A DNA stretch of 64,000 nucleotides from Octopus vulgaris (GCA_951406725.2 OX597819.1:82150001-82214000), one strand, 5' to 3'. Positions 1 to 14,478 are shown, numbered from the stretch's first letter. Translations and numbers: made by a program. The notes: generated by a model not told the origin, from the sequence alone.

Positions 1-941
1 TGTAAACTTCGTAGTTAATATTATAATTGTCTATATCAAAATATTGATTATGTCAAAATACGTATGCTGTTTTAGAGATTTGACATCGATTTCATTGTGT
101 TTTTCTTAAAAAATATGATTATTCTTTCTATTTTTCTAAAGATTTGTGGCTCTCAGATCATCTTATTTCTGCTTTTATTTTTGTTTGAGTAGTCGGTATC
201 GTGGTTTGCATAATTTCTTTTCTTAAAATTAAATATGATTGAGCCTTAGTTTGAGGGAAGTATATCAATAATACCAGGGCTCTAGAATGATACACCAATA
301 ACGAGAAAAATTTAGAGAAGTTTATTACAAGATGGCAAAACAAAATAAAATAAAACAAAAAAAGGTATATGCATCCAACGGAGTTTAGGCAGGGTGCATA
401 TTGTAGCAGACACTATTATAATACTGGTGAAATAGGCATCGAGAAAAGAAGTAGTTAAGGCCTTAAATTCACACTTTATAAGTATATTTCCACATCAGCC
501 AACGAACTGGTTAATCAGTATTATTTATATAGTGCTTTTATACTTTCTAGACAGTTTCTGAAATTTTATGGGCGAAATAGCTATTCGCTTTTAATAGATG
601 TATTTCGTTTAATAAAAAAAATTTGATAAGGAGTGTTGTTGCTGAAATTGTGATAATGTCAGTATCTGCTACTATCGTAAACATCGAGGTAGTGGAGAGT
701 ATCTCTAAAACTGTGACATATATTTCCGTAAATATAAATGATTTGTAGAATAGCACTGACTCTTTTTCAATTATCTAGAATCATTCTTTCAATGCAGTTA
801 AATATGATTAAATTATCACGTCTCGGTTGTAGTATCTCTGAAAGTCTTCTTTACTAAGAATATAATGATTTTAAATATGTACTTAGCTTTCATGTATATG
901 ACAGTATCAAACAACCAAATGTGAAAACAAATATTTCTTAA

Positions 942-1329
942 CTAGCAGTATCGCCCGGCGTTGCTCGGGTTTGTTTCGACCCGCTGGAATTGGAATTTTT
1001 GAAAAGTAAAAATTTTGCATTATGTAGCTTGTTATTCTCTTCAAGTGAACATTTTTTGGTTGAAATACACCGAAAAGTGGTGACACAGCAGTGAAAAATC
1101 GTAAAAAATAGGGATTTTCATAGAAAAAAGCACCTTTTTGATGTAAATAATTGTTGGTGTTAACATGGTCCGATTTGAATTTTATCTTCTACGGAAGGAA
1201 AAGCAACCCTTCTATCATATACTCTCAATTTTGGTCAACTTGCGCCGCAGGGTCTCGGAGGAGATAGTGTTAGTTGAAGGCTACCAAACCTGGCGCACAC
1301 AGACAACTTCAGCTTTATATAGAGAGAGA
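942..1329 (-). mobile_element. Non-autonomous Helitron-type element
   Basis: Minus strand starts A|TCTCTCTCTATATAAAG (1329) and ends with hairpin CCCGAGCAACGCCGGG followed by CGATACTGCTAG|T (942). This is the 5'-TC...hairpin...CTAG-3' Helitron signature at an A|T target. Confidence 0.75.
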
Positions 1330-1399
1330 TAACACACACACATTAATACACATACATACACACACACACATGTATGTATGTATGTATGTATATATGTAC

Positions 1400-2101
1400 A
1401 TCTGTCCACTTCTTGCCATATTTTTATCCTTCACTTCCTACACACACACACACAGACACACACACACACTCACACACACACACACGCACGAACACACACA
1501 CACCTTAGCTTACAATTTTCTTTCAACAATTGACACTGTCATATATGTATATGTTTGCGTGTCTATGTGTGTAAAGAGAAAGTGGGAGAAAGTGTGGTAA
1601 TAGGCGGAGTAAAGCCTTTGAAGTGAGAGAGGGAAATCGTAAAATATTGAGTTTTCTCGAATTTTTGCTTAATTGGGGGTGAAATTGAAAGAAATTTATA
1701 TGCCATGACCGAATGGAATGTACTTGGAAAAATCATAGGTAAACTCCAATTGAAGAAATTGTGTGAGGAGTAAATCGTTATGTATTTATTTGTTTCTGTT
1801 TGCTCTGTATTTTTTTTGAGTAGTGGTTTAAGGTACACTGGCAAAGAGAAAGTAGGAGAAATTATGGTAATAGCAGGAGTGAAGCAGTTGAAATTAGAGA
1901 GGCAAATCGTAAAATATCTACTTTTCTCGAATTTTTGCTTAATTGGAGGTCAAATTGAAAAAAATTTATATGCCATGACCCAATCGAATCTACTTGTAAA
2001 AATCGTAGGTAAATTCCAATTGAAGAAATTCTATATTGTAGAATTGTATTAAAAAGGAACATGGGAAGAGGCAGAGAAAATATGCCTTTTATCATAAGAG
2101 A
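1400..2101 (-). mobile_element. Helitron-type 5' portion with internal ~200-bp diverged direct repeat
   Basis: A second 5' terminus A|TCTCTTATGATAAAAGG lies at 2101. Segments 1573-1770 and 1843-2035 are diverged copies sharing ttttctcgaatttttgcttaattgg and aatttatatgccatgacc. Confidence 0.55.
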
Positions 2102-3099
2102 TACAGGCAAAAGATCGGAAATCATCGGAATTTTAACCGACTGGTACGTTTTTGTTGATTTCAGAAAAAGTAAAAGTCAAATTCGACACCATATGTATTT
2201 AAACACAAATTACTGTCAATAAAGTTTAAGTTGGCATTATCTATTCTTCCAAATCACCGTTCCAGCAATTCGGTAATTTGAAAAATAAGTATAAGAAAAC
2301 AAATTTTAAGAGAGTGTTACTAATGATTGAGTTGGGATGTTATTGAATATGGCTTGTCTCAGTGACGAGAGAATTTGGTATACTTAGTCACACCGAATAA
2401 AAATGAAATAAATGGAGTTAGATGAAGTGTCATTCAGAAAGTTTGATATTTATGATGAATGGAATTGATGAGGTTATATGGTTTGATATTAGGTTAATCC
2501 ATTGATGTTGATGGAGAATCAGATAAGAAGCATCACAGAAATATACGTTACATTCATGTTCTATTATTAGGTATAATTGCATTGAACTCAAACATGAGAC
2601 GGACAAAACTGAACACTTTGAATATTTAGTCCAGTTCTTAAATGTTTATCCTGCATTTACAAAGCTACAACTTTAATCTACAATTAAGAGAGATATTGTA
2701 TTTGTGAATTTACCGTAAAACTATTTTGTAAAACCCTTATCTGTTTTACTGCACTGTGCAAAGATTACAATATTGTTAGGCACTGATTAATTTGGAAATT
2801 GATATTTTCTTATAGAATTCTAATGATTATAGAGTTCTGATGTTTAATTTGATCCCTTTTTCCCAGAAACGTTGTAACGTATAATTTTTATTTAAAGCTT
2901 TTATAAAAAAAAAAAAAAAAATACTGTCAGAAAGTTACACCATTTTATGTTACGCTGTAATGTTAAAATTTCACGAATAATTGTTTTGAAATGTAATTTT
3001 GCATTTTCACGCATAGCAGAACCAGAACATTTTAAGAATTGAACCAATTCATTGCGTTTATATTGATGGACTTGAAAGTGAAAGGTTTATTAGTGTCGT

Positions 3100-5100
3100 A
3101 AAATCTCAAGACCTTTAGCGAGAACTTTTTCAGTTGTTTGCTCTGTACATACTGAGAATTGATTCTCCCTACTTCTCAACGCTCTTACCTGTATTTCCAC
3201 AACAAAATTTCAAGGTTATTTTAGTTCAAGGTCTCTCTTGCTCATTATAATACATAGTTCTACAACCTCTAGAAACGAATATCTGTCATCCCGCATTGGA
3301 TGCTTCTGGTGCATCTTACCTATTTCTGAAATTATCACTCTCATTGAATTCAAGGAAAACACTATATTTGGCTTTTCCGCACACCGATGTTGTTAAATGC
3401 AGATGTTGAATATTTTGGCATTTTGAAGTGTCTAACTAGTTCGTATTAATACTGATTGCATATGTATTAAACATGCAAAGACTTCAAGCACACTCGATCC
3501 CATTTTAATCGTCGATTCCCAATCTTTTCCCCTACTGGATCGTCTGACCAGAGCCTTCATCAACTCCATGTACATCACATCTATCTTAAAATACACAATT
3601 CTTCTTCGATACTTTAAATCAGTTAAAGCACCAGGAATTCTGCCTATTCATCCTCTCTGATCTTGAATGCAAATGTATTTTGGTATTGAGTGATTGAAAC
3701 CCTCTTCCTTGCCTTGTTTCTTCGCGCCTTTAACTCAATTAAATGTCACCACCGCTAAACCAAAAGTGATTTTCTAGCACTTGTAAGACAGCAATACAGC
3801 AAAATAATACTATGTATAAAATCTGGAGAATGACATCCAACACAACCAACTAGGAAATTCATATTCACCGTCGCAACGTCTACCATCAGAAAGAAAAAAC
3901 GAATGACTTCTTCCAACTTCGCACAGCCTACAAGTAACAGGAGACTCTTCTGTTCGCTTATCGAGAAGTTTACCAGTTTTGTAGAATTCTTCTTTATACC
4001 ATCACATAAAATTGTTGGCTATGTTAATACTCGTGTTCAAAAACGTCTACTACCTATGCTTTTCGCTTCCTGTATCACGCATTAACAACTCAACAAAACC
4101 TATGCTCAACTTCAACTTCACAACTTCACTATTATCTGCTGACATTGATGAGCATGAATACAAATTGAGTAGTTCATGAAATGCTCACTCCTCAACACTT
4201 TAGAAACTTCTTATATCATTCAATTTATCAAAGCAATTAGTCTCACCTATATCCTATTTTCCCTAAAACTGTTTGCTCCACAGCTGGTTTTTCTATCCTT
4301 GCCACATTCTTCAATATTTTTTCTCAATTCAACCGAACCTACCAATTCTTTGAAAGTTCACTACCTTGTGTCTCCTTCATCAAAGGGAAGGAAATTTCTC
4401 TGTTCTGCCAACCAAAGATATAAAACCGTCACTATTTTACATGTGAGTTAAACATTTAAAAAAATTTCCCCTTTATTTTGTGTCGCCCTCCATCAGCAGG
4501 AAGTGAGTATGAGTTCTGTTGAACTAGTAACTTTTTATCTATGCCACTTCAAACCTCACTTTCAATTCTGAAACCAAACGTATGTCTCTTACACTCTTCC
4601 TTTCATACAATAATGACCTGTGCGTTGTCAGTTCTAAAAGTACCTTTATGCTGATAACATAGTATCCCAAAGTTCTAGGAACCTACTTAATATCTAATCA
4701 GCTTTTTACTTTTATAAACTCAAATAAAATACACATTAGAATACTACTCACATATATCGGACAATGCTACATCCAAACGTATACGAGATTGCTTTCAAAA
4801 GAGGTATACCTTACAAATAATCACCCAATAAAGAACTTCAAACACTGAGTCATGTCATGGGGATTCTCTCCGTGCTCTCTGACCATTCTTACATGAATAC
4901 ACCCGCTTCTAATCCTCCAACTAGCTAGCTTTATACCCAGTTTGTTAAGGCTCACCTGTACCACCAGTCTGTACTTTTTTACGTTGATCCCAGTGTGTCT
5001 CATTTCCTAGATACCGCATGATTTCAATGTTTCCTTCTGATAACTAGAAACCCCTCAGAATTTCTCACTCTTCAGTTTTTCTTCTATCGACAATCTTTTC
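3100..5100 (-). mobile_element. Highly decayed non-LTR retrotransposon RT remnant
   Basis: Minus-strand traces resemble YRPIxL (~4240), FVDxxKAFD (~4040) and GxxQGCxxSP (~3830) in the correct order, but are heavily degenerate. Confidence 0.3.
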
Positions 5101-6227
5101 ATTGGGCAATGATGTTCTTACTTAAGTCATGACAGCTCCTCTGTCTTTGGAATCTGATTAAAAAACATTAATAGTTCTAAGAATGGTATCTTCAAAGCAA
5201 GCTTTCAGCAGCGATCTTCAGCTTTCGGTTTTTAGATGCAGTTTAGATGAAATATAAAGATCCATAATTTTTTCATAGGAACAATGCCAAATTCGTTCTT
5301 TGCATATATATTTTCTATATATTACCTTTTGCCAATGTTTTTGTTCGTAATCACTGAGTCCTCTTTGGCTGTAATATGAAGTTTTATATGAATATTTCAA
5401 CCAAACTAATAACAATTTAAAAATTAAAGTCGCCTCTATAGATAGTCGCATTTGTCTATATGTCAGAACAAATAATAATAGTATATAGTTAAAGGCAGTT
5501 ATAATACGTTCCTTTGCTCTCATATTATTAAAACTAACAATTATAATAAATGTAAATCGGTTACAAAGATAAGCTGTCAGATATATTAGAGTCACCTTCA
5601 GTTAGATATGTTCCCTTTTACAAGGTAAAAATTAATCATCTTGAACATATATGCACAGAATGCAATAAAAAGCGTTAACAGACCAGCAATAAAAAGACTC
5701 GATATTTTGTTCAGCAACATAGCATGTCATGTTATTGCCTAACACGCCAGCAGTAATAAGATAACATATGTTGTTCAGAAACATTTCATTCTTTATTAGT
5801 GTTACCGATCAGAATTTGAAGGTAAATTGATAAAAATATGGATACAATTTCCTAATACTCTGAACTAGCTTGATTTACACCCTCTGCATCCAAACCCACC
5901 CGCCTCACCAGTTTATGCTTTTAACGTCAGCATCCTCTGGAGTCTCTCATCTTGCAGATTCCGCAATAGACACTACTTTCAATTCTTCTTCCCGAGAACT
6001 ACAACGTACTGGAAATACTACACAGTTCGCTTTTCCTCTTGCAGACATCCGGCAATTTAATCTCAAGTAGATAAAGAGTTGAGGTTAAAAATTCATAACT
6101 GCCTTAATTTTCAGTTATTTGATATCATAGATCCCGGGCTTTCAACGTATTCATGAAATAAGAGTGACAAGAAATGTTGGTATTTGGAAACAAACGTGTT
6201 ATAGGTTAATACAACAATGAAAACGGT

Positions 6228-6229
6228 AT

Positions 6230-6294
<65 letters not shown>

Positions 6295-6341
6295 CATTAT
6301 CATCATCATCATCATCATCATCATTATCATCATCATCATCA

Positions 6342-6378
<37 letters not shown>

Positions 6379-6425
6379 TATTATTATTATTATGATTGTT
6401 GTTATTGTTATTGTTATTATTATTA
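6228..6425. repeat. Compound (ATT)n/(ATC)n/(GTT) microsatellite
   Basis: Directly visible; source of the poly-Y/H/N/D ORFs in the track. Confidence 0.95.
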
Positions 6426-6569
6426 TGCAAACCCTTTTTATAAAATTAAATTTAACATTCACAAAAATTGTATCGGTAACGCAACAGAGTAATGTTATCT
6501 GTTATTAGAGTATTGCCACGTTTATGTAACCAAATAACCCATAACTTTTATCTTTTAATTGATTCGCTC

Positions 6570-6770
6570 ATTGGATTGCGGCCATGCTGAGCTACCACTC
6601 TGAAGATTTTAGTCGGACAAATTGACTCCAGTACTTATCTTGAAGTCTACTGTTTATTCTGTCATTTCCTTCTTATCGAACCGCTGAGATAAATGGAACG
6701 CAAACAAACCAACACTGGTTCTCCAGTGGTGCGGAAGAACTAACACAAGCACACACAAATATATATGCAC
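6570..6770 (-). mobile_element. SINE family 1, 3' part
   Basis: gcggccatgctg...ccagtacttat...gaaccgct...ccaacactggtt is the reverse complement of the tail of the 8248-8672 copy. Confidence 0.7.
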
Positions 6771-6803
6771 ACACACTAATACATACATATATACATATAT
6801 AAA

Positions 6804-6845
<42 letters not shown>

Positions 6846-6945
6846 TTTATATATGTATTTATGTATGTATGTATCTAGATTTGGTAGATGGAATCTGTGT
6901 GGGTGCCCGTTGCGTATAAATACATACAGACTATACATGTGTATG

Positions 6946-7059
<114 letters not shown>

Positions 7060-7143
7060 GTGTGTGTGTGTGTGTACATATCTATGTCGTATATATAAAA
7101 GAAATTATTTTAGGATGAGATAAAAAACGAAGGCTGTGAATAG

Positions 7144-7191
7144 GTATTACAGCTGTTTCCAGGATATTTCTTATATCCCTTCATCGGAGAC
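7144..7191 (-). ncRNA. Minimal type-I hammerhead ribozyme motif (degenerate copy)
   Basis: Minus strand: GUCU CCGAUGA AG GGAUAU-aagaa-AUAUCC UG GAAA CAGCUG UA AUAC. Stem II is perfect, stem III is palindromic, U4 is C, and stem I has one mismatch. It sits in a ~150-bp island between (TA)n tracts. Confidence 0.65.
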
Positions 7192-7251
7192 GGTGTGAGA
7201 ATATGGTTAAGCAATATTTAGGTCTTACTGAAAACATTACCTCTGATAACC

Positions 7252-7306
<55 letters not shown>

Positions 7307-7688
7307 ACACACACGACAGGCATCCACACACACTCCTTCTACCAAATTCACTTGCAAGACATGGGTCGTCCGAGATATTTGGCCAAGAGATTGTGCAAAG
7401 TGAGCTTCTTAACCACAGTGTCATGTCTTTGCTCTACCAGAATATTCCTAAATTAAATGTTTAAAAGTGAAAGGAAAATTGTTGAAACGAGAAAATCTAA
7501 AGAAACATTTACGCGTGTGAAGATGTAGACAGGCAATTATGAGCTATTTTAAAGATAGTAATTGAAATTCAAAGAATTCGTAATTAATTACATTGAAAGA
7601 CTAACGTTTAAAGAATTCGTTTGTTTCACATTAATTCATATATTTACACATCAAAAAAGTTACTCGTAATTAAAGTCAATATCTATAA

Positions 7689-8020
7689 GGCACGGGTGTG
7701 GTTGTGTGGTTAAAAGATTGCTTTTCAACCATAAGATTCCAGGTTCAGTCCCGCTTCGTGGCAAAGCTTAGGCAGCTGTGAATTTGTTGACGGAAACTGA
7801 AAGCAATCCGTTATGTGTGTGTGTGTGTGTGTTTGTTTCCAACCGGTGTTGGTATGCTTAAGTCTTCGTGACTTAGCATTTCGGCAAAAGAAACTGATAG
7901 AATAAGTACTACACTTAAAGAAAATATAAGTACTGGGGTCGATTCATTCGACTAAAATTTCTTGAAAATTCTGCCCCAGCATAGCCGCAGTCTAATGATT
8001 GAAGCAAGTAAAAGATAAAA
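7689..8020 (+). mobile_element. tRNA-derived SINE family 1 (diverged)
   Basis: A-box-like TGGTTGTGTGG, B-box-like GGTTCAGTCCC, and body/tail homologous to 8248-8672. Confidence 0.85.
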
Positions 8021-8157
8021 GTTAGAATGTAGCATCTAAAGAACTATACGAAGTGAATTTTAACTGTAAACATATAAACCAAATAACATGCATCAGGATC
8101 AAGCTTCATCAGTAATATGACGCAATCTGTCATAAAAATCCTTTTGACTACAGATTC

Positions 8158-8760
8158 AAGGCCAGAAATTTGGGGAAGAAGCCGAGTCGATCACATCGAC
8201 CCAAGTGCTCAAGTGGTACTTTTTTCATCTACCCCTAAAAGATGAAAGGCGTAGGAGTGGCTGTGGTAAGTAGCTTCCTTACGAACCATATAGTTCCGGG
8301 TTCTGTCCCACTGCGTGGCACCTTGGGCAAGTGTCTTCTACTATGGCCTCGGGCCGACCAAAGTCTTGTGAGTGGATTTGGTAGACGGAAGCTGAAAGAA
8401 GCCCGTCGTGTATATGTATATATATATATGTATGTGTGTATGTGTTTGTGTGTCTGTGCCCCCCCCCCCCAAAAAATATATATCGCTTGACAACCGATTC
8501 TGGTGTGTTTACGTACCCGTAACGTAGCGGTTCGACAAAAGAGACCGATAGAATAAGTACTAGGCTTACAAAGAATAAGTCTTGAGGTCGATTTGCTCGA
8601 CTAAAGGCGGTGCTCCAGCATGGCCATAGTCAAATGACTGAAACAAGTAAGAGAGTAAAAGAGTAAAAGAGTAAAGTCGGTGGGATTTGAAGTCAGAATG
8701 TATAAACGAACGCAATGGATTAAGCGTTTTGTCCGGCGTTTCTACGAGTTAGTTGGCTTC
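8158..8760 (-). mobile_element. SINE family 2, split by a family 1 insertion
   Basis: Family-2 sequence ...gatgaaaggc|aaagtc...atttgaagtcagaa is interrupted at 8250/8673. Confidence 0.75.
8248..8672 (+). mobile_element. tRNA-derived SINE family 1, full length
   Basis: Head GGCGTAGGAGTGGCTGTGG...GGTTCTGTCCC, core ccttgggcaagtgtcttct, internal (TA/TG)n and (AAAGAGT)n tail; highly similar to 58408-58828. Confidence 0.92.
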
Positions 8761-9988
8761 ATTTGTCATAAAAACATATGTATTCACAAATAATGACGTG
8801 TATATGGACGAGTAAATATAACGTTAAATAAGTATTCGCTGCAGCTTTTGTTTTCCAGAAGATTTAGTGGTTAAGAAATACTAATGAGGTCGAGTGTCAT
8901 AGATAAAAGTGTCTTCCTAAATTTCTGTAAATTAAGAAATATTGCAATTTTTATTAGACAAAAATATTTTTCGAGTTGCACTGTACAATCTTGGTAATCT
9001 ATAAAGGTATACTATTTGTCAATCTCAGAAAAACTAAAGATATCGCAACATTCAAAAGTTTTAAAACAGAAGATTAAGAACGAAACTAAATTAAGTAAAC
9101 TAAATAAACAAGTTCTCTAGTGCTTCGGGTAGTTCTACCTCTCCAATGTTGGATATTGATTATTTGCATTAGCGTCGGTTTAGGATTTGAAATCATGGAG
9201 ATGAAAACTAAATAATAAAGCTACTTAGCTGAGAGCTCTAACACTTAAAACATTTTACAGCGTCGATGTTAGTAATTATTAAACACAAATATATTTTTCA
9301 CTGCTGAAGACTTTTTAACTTTTCGAGGGTATATTTCACAAGACCAATTTCAGTGTTTGATTTCTATGACAGATGATTTTTGTCTTTCATGAGCTCGACA
9401 TTCTCAGTACACCACTGGAAGAAGGTGTAAAAATGTAATTTGACACCTAGGCTGGCTTTCTGTTAGTAATTAATTAATAAATAATTAAGTTAATTCTGAA
9501 ATTTTCATCAATTCAGAAGGAAAGTATTCTTTAACAAGCGGTGTCATAATTAGAGACTTTAAAACCATTTACAGAACATAATGTACTTTTGTATTAGAGA
9601 GTGTTGACTGGGGAATTTCAGTGAACGCTGCTTAATAAATATTGTATTCAGCTGTTAGCTAATTGAAAACTGTGCAGTAACAAAAATATACCATAACAAT
9701 TTTACTTTCAGAATTCTCTTGTTCTAGGAAACCTGTAACTGAATGTGAAAGATATTTAGGTAACTGATCTATGCCCAATAATATTTTAGTCAAGGATAAT
9801 TTCTCGGGCAAAAACCAAATAAGCAGAAATAAAAATTGAATTAACAGAATGAAACTATAATTGAAAAAACGCGCTTTGAATAAAGCCCCAAATGGCATTA
9901 ATTACTTGCACAGAATAATCTGTGTAACTATCTATCCATACGTATATATCATATATGTGAGTGTTATCTCTATCTCTCCCTCTTTCTT

Positions 9989-10019
<31 letters not shown>

Positions 10020-11028
10020 ATCCATTTATCTATCTATGCATGTATGTGTGTGTTTGTATGTGTGTGCGCGCGCGCATACACACGAGTACACATAGAAGAT
10101 ATGTAATTAGGGAGTGATGGCTAAACTAATATTTACAAAGTGAGGTAATACTCATAACAGCTGAATTAAAATTAAGTAATGGGATCAACTGAAAAGTCAA
10201 ACAAGAGACATGTAACACCTTATTAGATCCCAAAGAACATGTACTGAAAATCGAATATGTGGTTTGGTTAACCCTATAATGAGTTATCCACCGTTTTAAA
10301 GTATAGTAAAATATATCAGCATGATATTGAGAAATTATCGAATGACCGGCTAGGACAGCATACAAGGAAGTAATGAAACTTCGGGACAAAAGATATATTT
10401 CCCCTTAATAGAAATGCTTCTCGTAAAATTTTATATTCGAAAGAAGTAAAATCTCAAATTAGCTGCATATAAAGAATAAAATATTACGCAAGTGTGAGAG
10501 AAGACAACCTTAAAAGCCGTTGCAGCAATTATATACACCCACCTTCAGCAATTACCAAAAGAGAAAACGGAACACTTTTCTAGACATTTATAAAATTTAA
10601 AGTAAAGGTGTTGTAACCATATCGGTATGCCAACATAAACAGAGTAACGCAACGCAACCAATGTACTGCCGAGACAAACAAATTAAGCAAATTTTATAAA
10701 CAAAAGGAAAAAAAAACTAGAGATGATATAGAAAATACCGTCACGAAAACAATTTCTTCTTGGCAACGATAACTGCAAAATAGGTACTGATCAAGCTAGA
10801 ACAAGACCAGCCTGAAGCTTGCAACATGCTGATAGCAGCATAGAAAAGCATTGAAAATATAGTTATACTACCTGAGGAACATTTGTCATGCATAAAATGA
10901 AAGTAATGGATAATCAAATTTAACGTGTGTGTGTTGTATTTATAAAAAATGTAGTATTTATATACGCTTAAATATTTGCATGAGAGCATGTTTATATACA
11001 TATAGATAGGAGTATTTGTGTGTGTATA

Positions 11029-11134
<106 letters not shown>

Positions 11135-11502
11135 GGGTACGAATATGAAATGTACTGTATACACTTTTAATAAACGTACAATATTGTCTTGCGGCGAAAA
11201 CAGTCAAAGCTGTTTAAACAGATATTCTATCCTTTTGTGATCAAAAGATAAATGCAGTGGCCTTCTTTCTTCTTTCATAAAAAGATTACCCAAACTCTGT
11301 TACCAGAAATGTTAAACTAATCTCAACTGTCTAAATTATGATACACTGCAAGTGTTGACAACATGGGTTAAATAAGTAATTAATCTGTTTCTAGTACCAT
11401 TACAAACTGTTTATTTAATAATTTCGAATGTATTGCAAACACAAGCCCACACATACGCAAATAAGCACGCTCAACCGCATGTACATATATTCTTTTCTAC
11501 TC

Positions 11503-11690
11503 AAGGCACAAGGCCAGAAATTTTGAGGGAGGGGGGCCAGTTGATTAGATCGACTCCAGTACGAAACTGGTACTTAATTTATCTACCCCGATATGATGAA
11601 AGGCAAAGTCGACCTTGGCGGAATTTGAATTCAAAACGTAAAGACAGACGAACTACTGCTAAGAATTTTGACCGGCGTGCTAACATTTCG
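11503..11690 (-). mobile_element. SINE family 2 (tRNA head plus Nin/Deu-like core)
   Basis: Minus strand has a B-box-like segment and GTCGACTTTGCCTTTCATC...GGGGTAGATAAATTAAGTACCAG core. Confidence 0.85.
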
Positions 11691-12559
11691 CGTGTATATA
11701 TATTGAAGTAAAATATATGGACAAGAACAATATTCATCAGTTGGTTGATTCCATAAAATCTATCACTCGCCACAAAGGATCAGGACCAGATTTCGCATTC
11801 GATGGCAAGGAAGACTAAGACAATTAGTTTACACTAGTCGGCTCTTAAGTATAATGAAGCTTTTCAAGACTCTTAGACGGAGTTAAGCATAGTATGAAAA
11901 CTACATGCAGATTTGAAAGTCTCACCTCCGATCGTAACGGTGACTTGTTCTTTCCATGAGATACTAGTCTCCACGAAAGACTTGGTTGAGCATTTCCATT
12001 AAAGGACAATGTCTTTTCTTTCTTTTTTTTTATGGCCAGCATTTATATTTAGCTTTCTGCATATTGTTTCATCTGACCTTCGAAAGCTATTCACTTTCTG
12101 GCTTCACTTCCTTTTCGAACACCTTGGAGTACAGTTGATAATAATAACTGGTTCAAATATTTCTAGGATTCATCGACTTACTTGTTGGGTATACCATGCA
12201 ATATTTTTTTTACTCTTATGGTTACTACCATACTAGTTGAAAAAGTGGCAAAATGCAAACAGTGGATTTTCTTTTTACATTCATTATATGTTACCCATTG
12301 GACTGGATCATGGTCGAACCCCTTCTTGCTTAATGCGTGTGTATTTGTGTGGTAGTGTGTGTGTGTGTGTGTGTGGACGAAGTGTTAAGAAGTTCACTTC
12401 ATGATCACGAGGTCCCATCTTCCTTCCGACTAAGTGTCATTTTAGGCAATCATATAGGATAGCTTTCCACTTTCCATTATAATTCAATGAATTTAATCAT
12501 TAGTTAATAGAATCTATCGAAGATTCCTTCATGTATGTATGTATATGTACATATATATA

Positions 12560-12586
12560 GACAGACAAACAGACAGAGACAGACTG

Positions 12587-12619
<33 letters not shown>

Positions 12620-12621
12620 GT

Positions 12622-12690
<69 letters not shown>

Positions 12691-12706
12691 CGATAGATAG
12701 ATAGAC
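12560..12706. repeat. (GACA)n-(GATA)n microsatellite
   Basis: Directly visible. Confidence 0.95.
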
Positions 12707-13702
12707 AAAGATATACATACATCTGTATAAGGTATTTAAGCATGTACATATATATATACATATGTACATATATCTAAGTATGCTCATATTATAAATGTAC
12801 GTGTGTGCATCAGAAGCCACATGTTTTATCAATATAACCAATAAATAATAATAGACATGTATTAATTTGTTTCAAATTTATGAGTTCTATGCAATGCTAT
12901 AAAATATAATGAGGAAAAGGAGAAAATTGGATAATGGTTTTGTAGGTGTTAAGAATAGGCATTTTAACGTAAGAGTAATAAAGCTTTCTGAAAAATACGT
13001 ACATATGCGGAGTAAGAAAAGCGAAATAATAATACATAATTTCAGTTCTAGCAATACATCTGCAACAGCCACTCAATATAATGATTTAAAGCATGAAACA
13101 ATGGCAATTGATATGGAAAGATACGATCAATCGATATGGCAATAAACTCAGACCTAAACAATTCAGATAGAAAACCATTCATGGTTTGCAGATTTGTCAG
13201 TTGTTAATGAATATGACATAACAAGTAAAATTCAGTGAACTGATCGAATTGATAAGAATCAGTGATAACGTTCGTCAGAGTATTTTTCTCAAAGCTAAAT
13301 ACTCGAACACAAAGATTAATTATCTTGGACATAAATCCCAAGGTATATTCTGAAACAAAGCAAGTTATATTGTATAAACAAATAGTCTGTATCAAAAGTA
13401 TTTCATCCTTTTATACATCATCTCGAAAACAGAGCTTTTACTTTCTATAATAATGGTAAGATGCAATCTCGGCATGTTAGACAATCAAACAACAAACCAG
13501 CCAATCATGCTCTAGTTCCTATTACTTAATAGTCATTAACAATTCAGCAGCCAGCTAAATGGTATAGTAGAAATCAACTGCTGTTATCTCCCTTTAAGCT
13601 AAAGAATATAGAGGGCAATAAAACACCTTACGATTCTTATAAGCAACATAAACACACATGCACATACATGTATGTGTGTGTATATACATATGTGTGTGTG
13701 AA

Positions 13703-13997
13703 GGCGTGTGGCTTAGTGGTTAGGGGCATTCGGCTCATGATCGTAAGGTTGTGTCCTTGAGCAAGACACTTTATTTTACGTTGCTCCAGTCACTTAGCTG
13801 GCAAAACTGAGTAGTACCTGTATTTTAAAGGACCAGCCTTGTCACACTCTGTGTCATGCTGAGTCTCCCCGAGAACTACGTTAAGGGTACACGTGTTTGT
13901 GGAGTGCTCAGTTCCCTGCACGTTAATTTCATGAGCAAGCTGTTCGGTTGATCGTATCAGCTGGGACCCTCGTCGTCGCAACCGACGGAGTGCTCCA
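13703..13997 (+). mobile_element. tRNA-derived SINE, third subfamily
   Basis: A box GGCGTGTGGCTTAGTGGTTAGG and core gtccttgagcaagacacttt; related minus-strand copies at 20480-20735 and 59100-59390. Confidence 0.8.
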
Positions 13998-14478
13998 TAT
14001 ATCCATATATATATATATACACACCCACACACATATGCATGTGTACAAATATGTATGTATGAGAGTGTGTGCGAGCGCGTGTGAAAGTATGTATGCGAGA
14101 GTGTATGTATTTATACATGTGTATGCGTGTATATATATGAATATATGCATGTATTTGTATGTATATATATATATATATTGAAATTTTCCCGTTTAATTGC
14201 TAAAGGTGTTTACAATGTTTCATCATCAATATTGTGAATGTTCCCATTTTTTCATGACTGTGTCATCGAATGTTTAAAATAAAATATGGCACACGAAATC
14301 GTTACTGAAATTGTGGAAATGCCCTGGAACAGTAGACGTTGTTGGGGGTATTTCGTGCTGATTAGTTTTTCTTTAGATTTCCATATTGAAGAATTCCGTC
14401 TGTGCATGATTGCATCCCACGAGCAAATATCAAATTCATTGGCGTTTGCAATAAACATCTGTGTGTGTGTGTGTAAGT

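Noticed and set aside
8248-8320. tRNA genes at SINE heads
   Set aside because: A and B boxes are present, but there is no full cloverleaf and they continue into SINE bodies.
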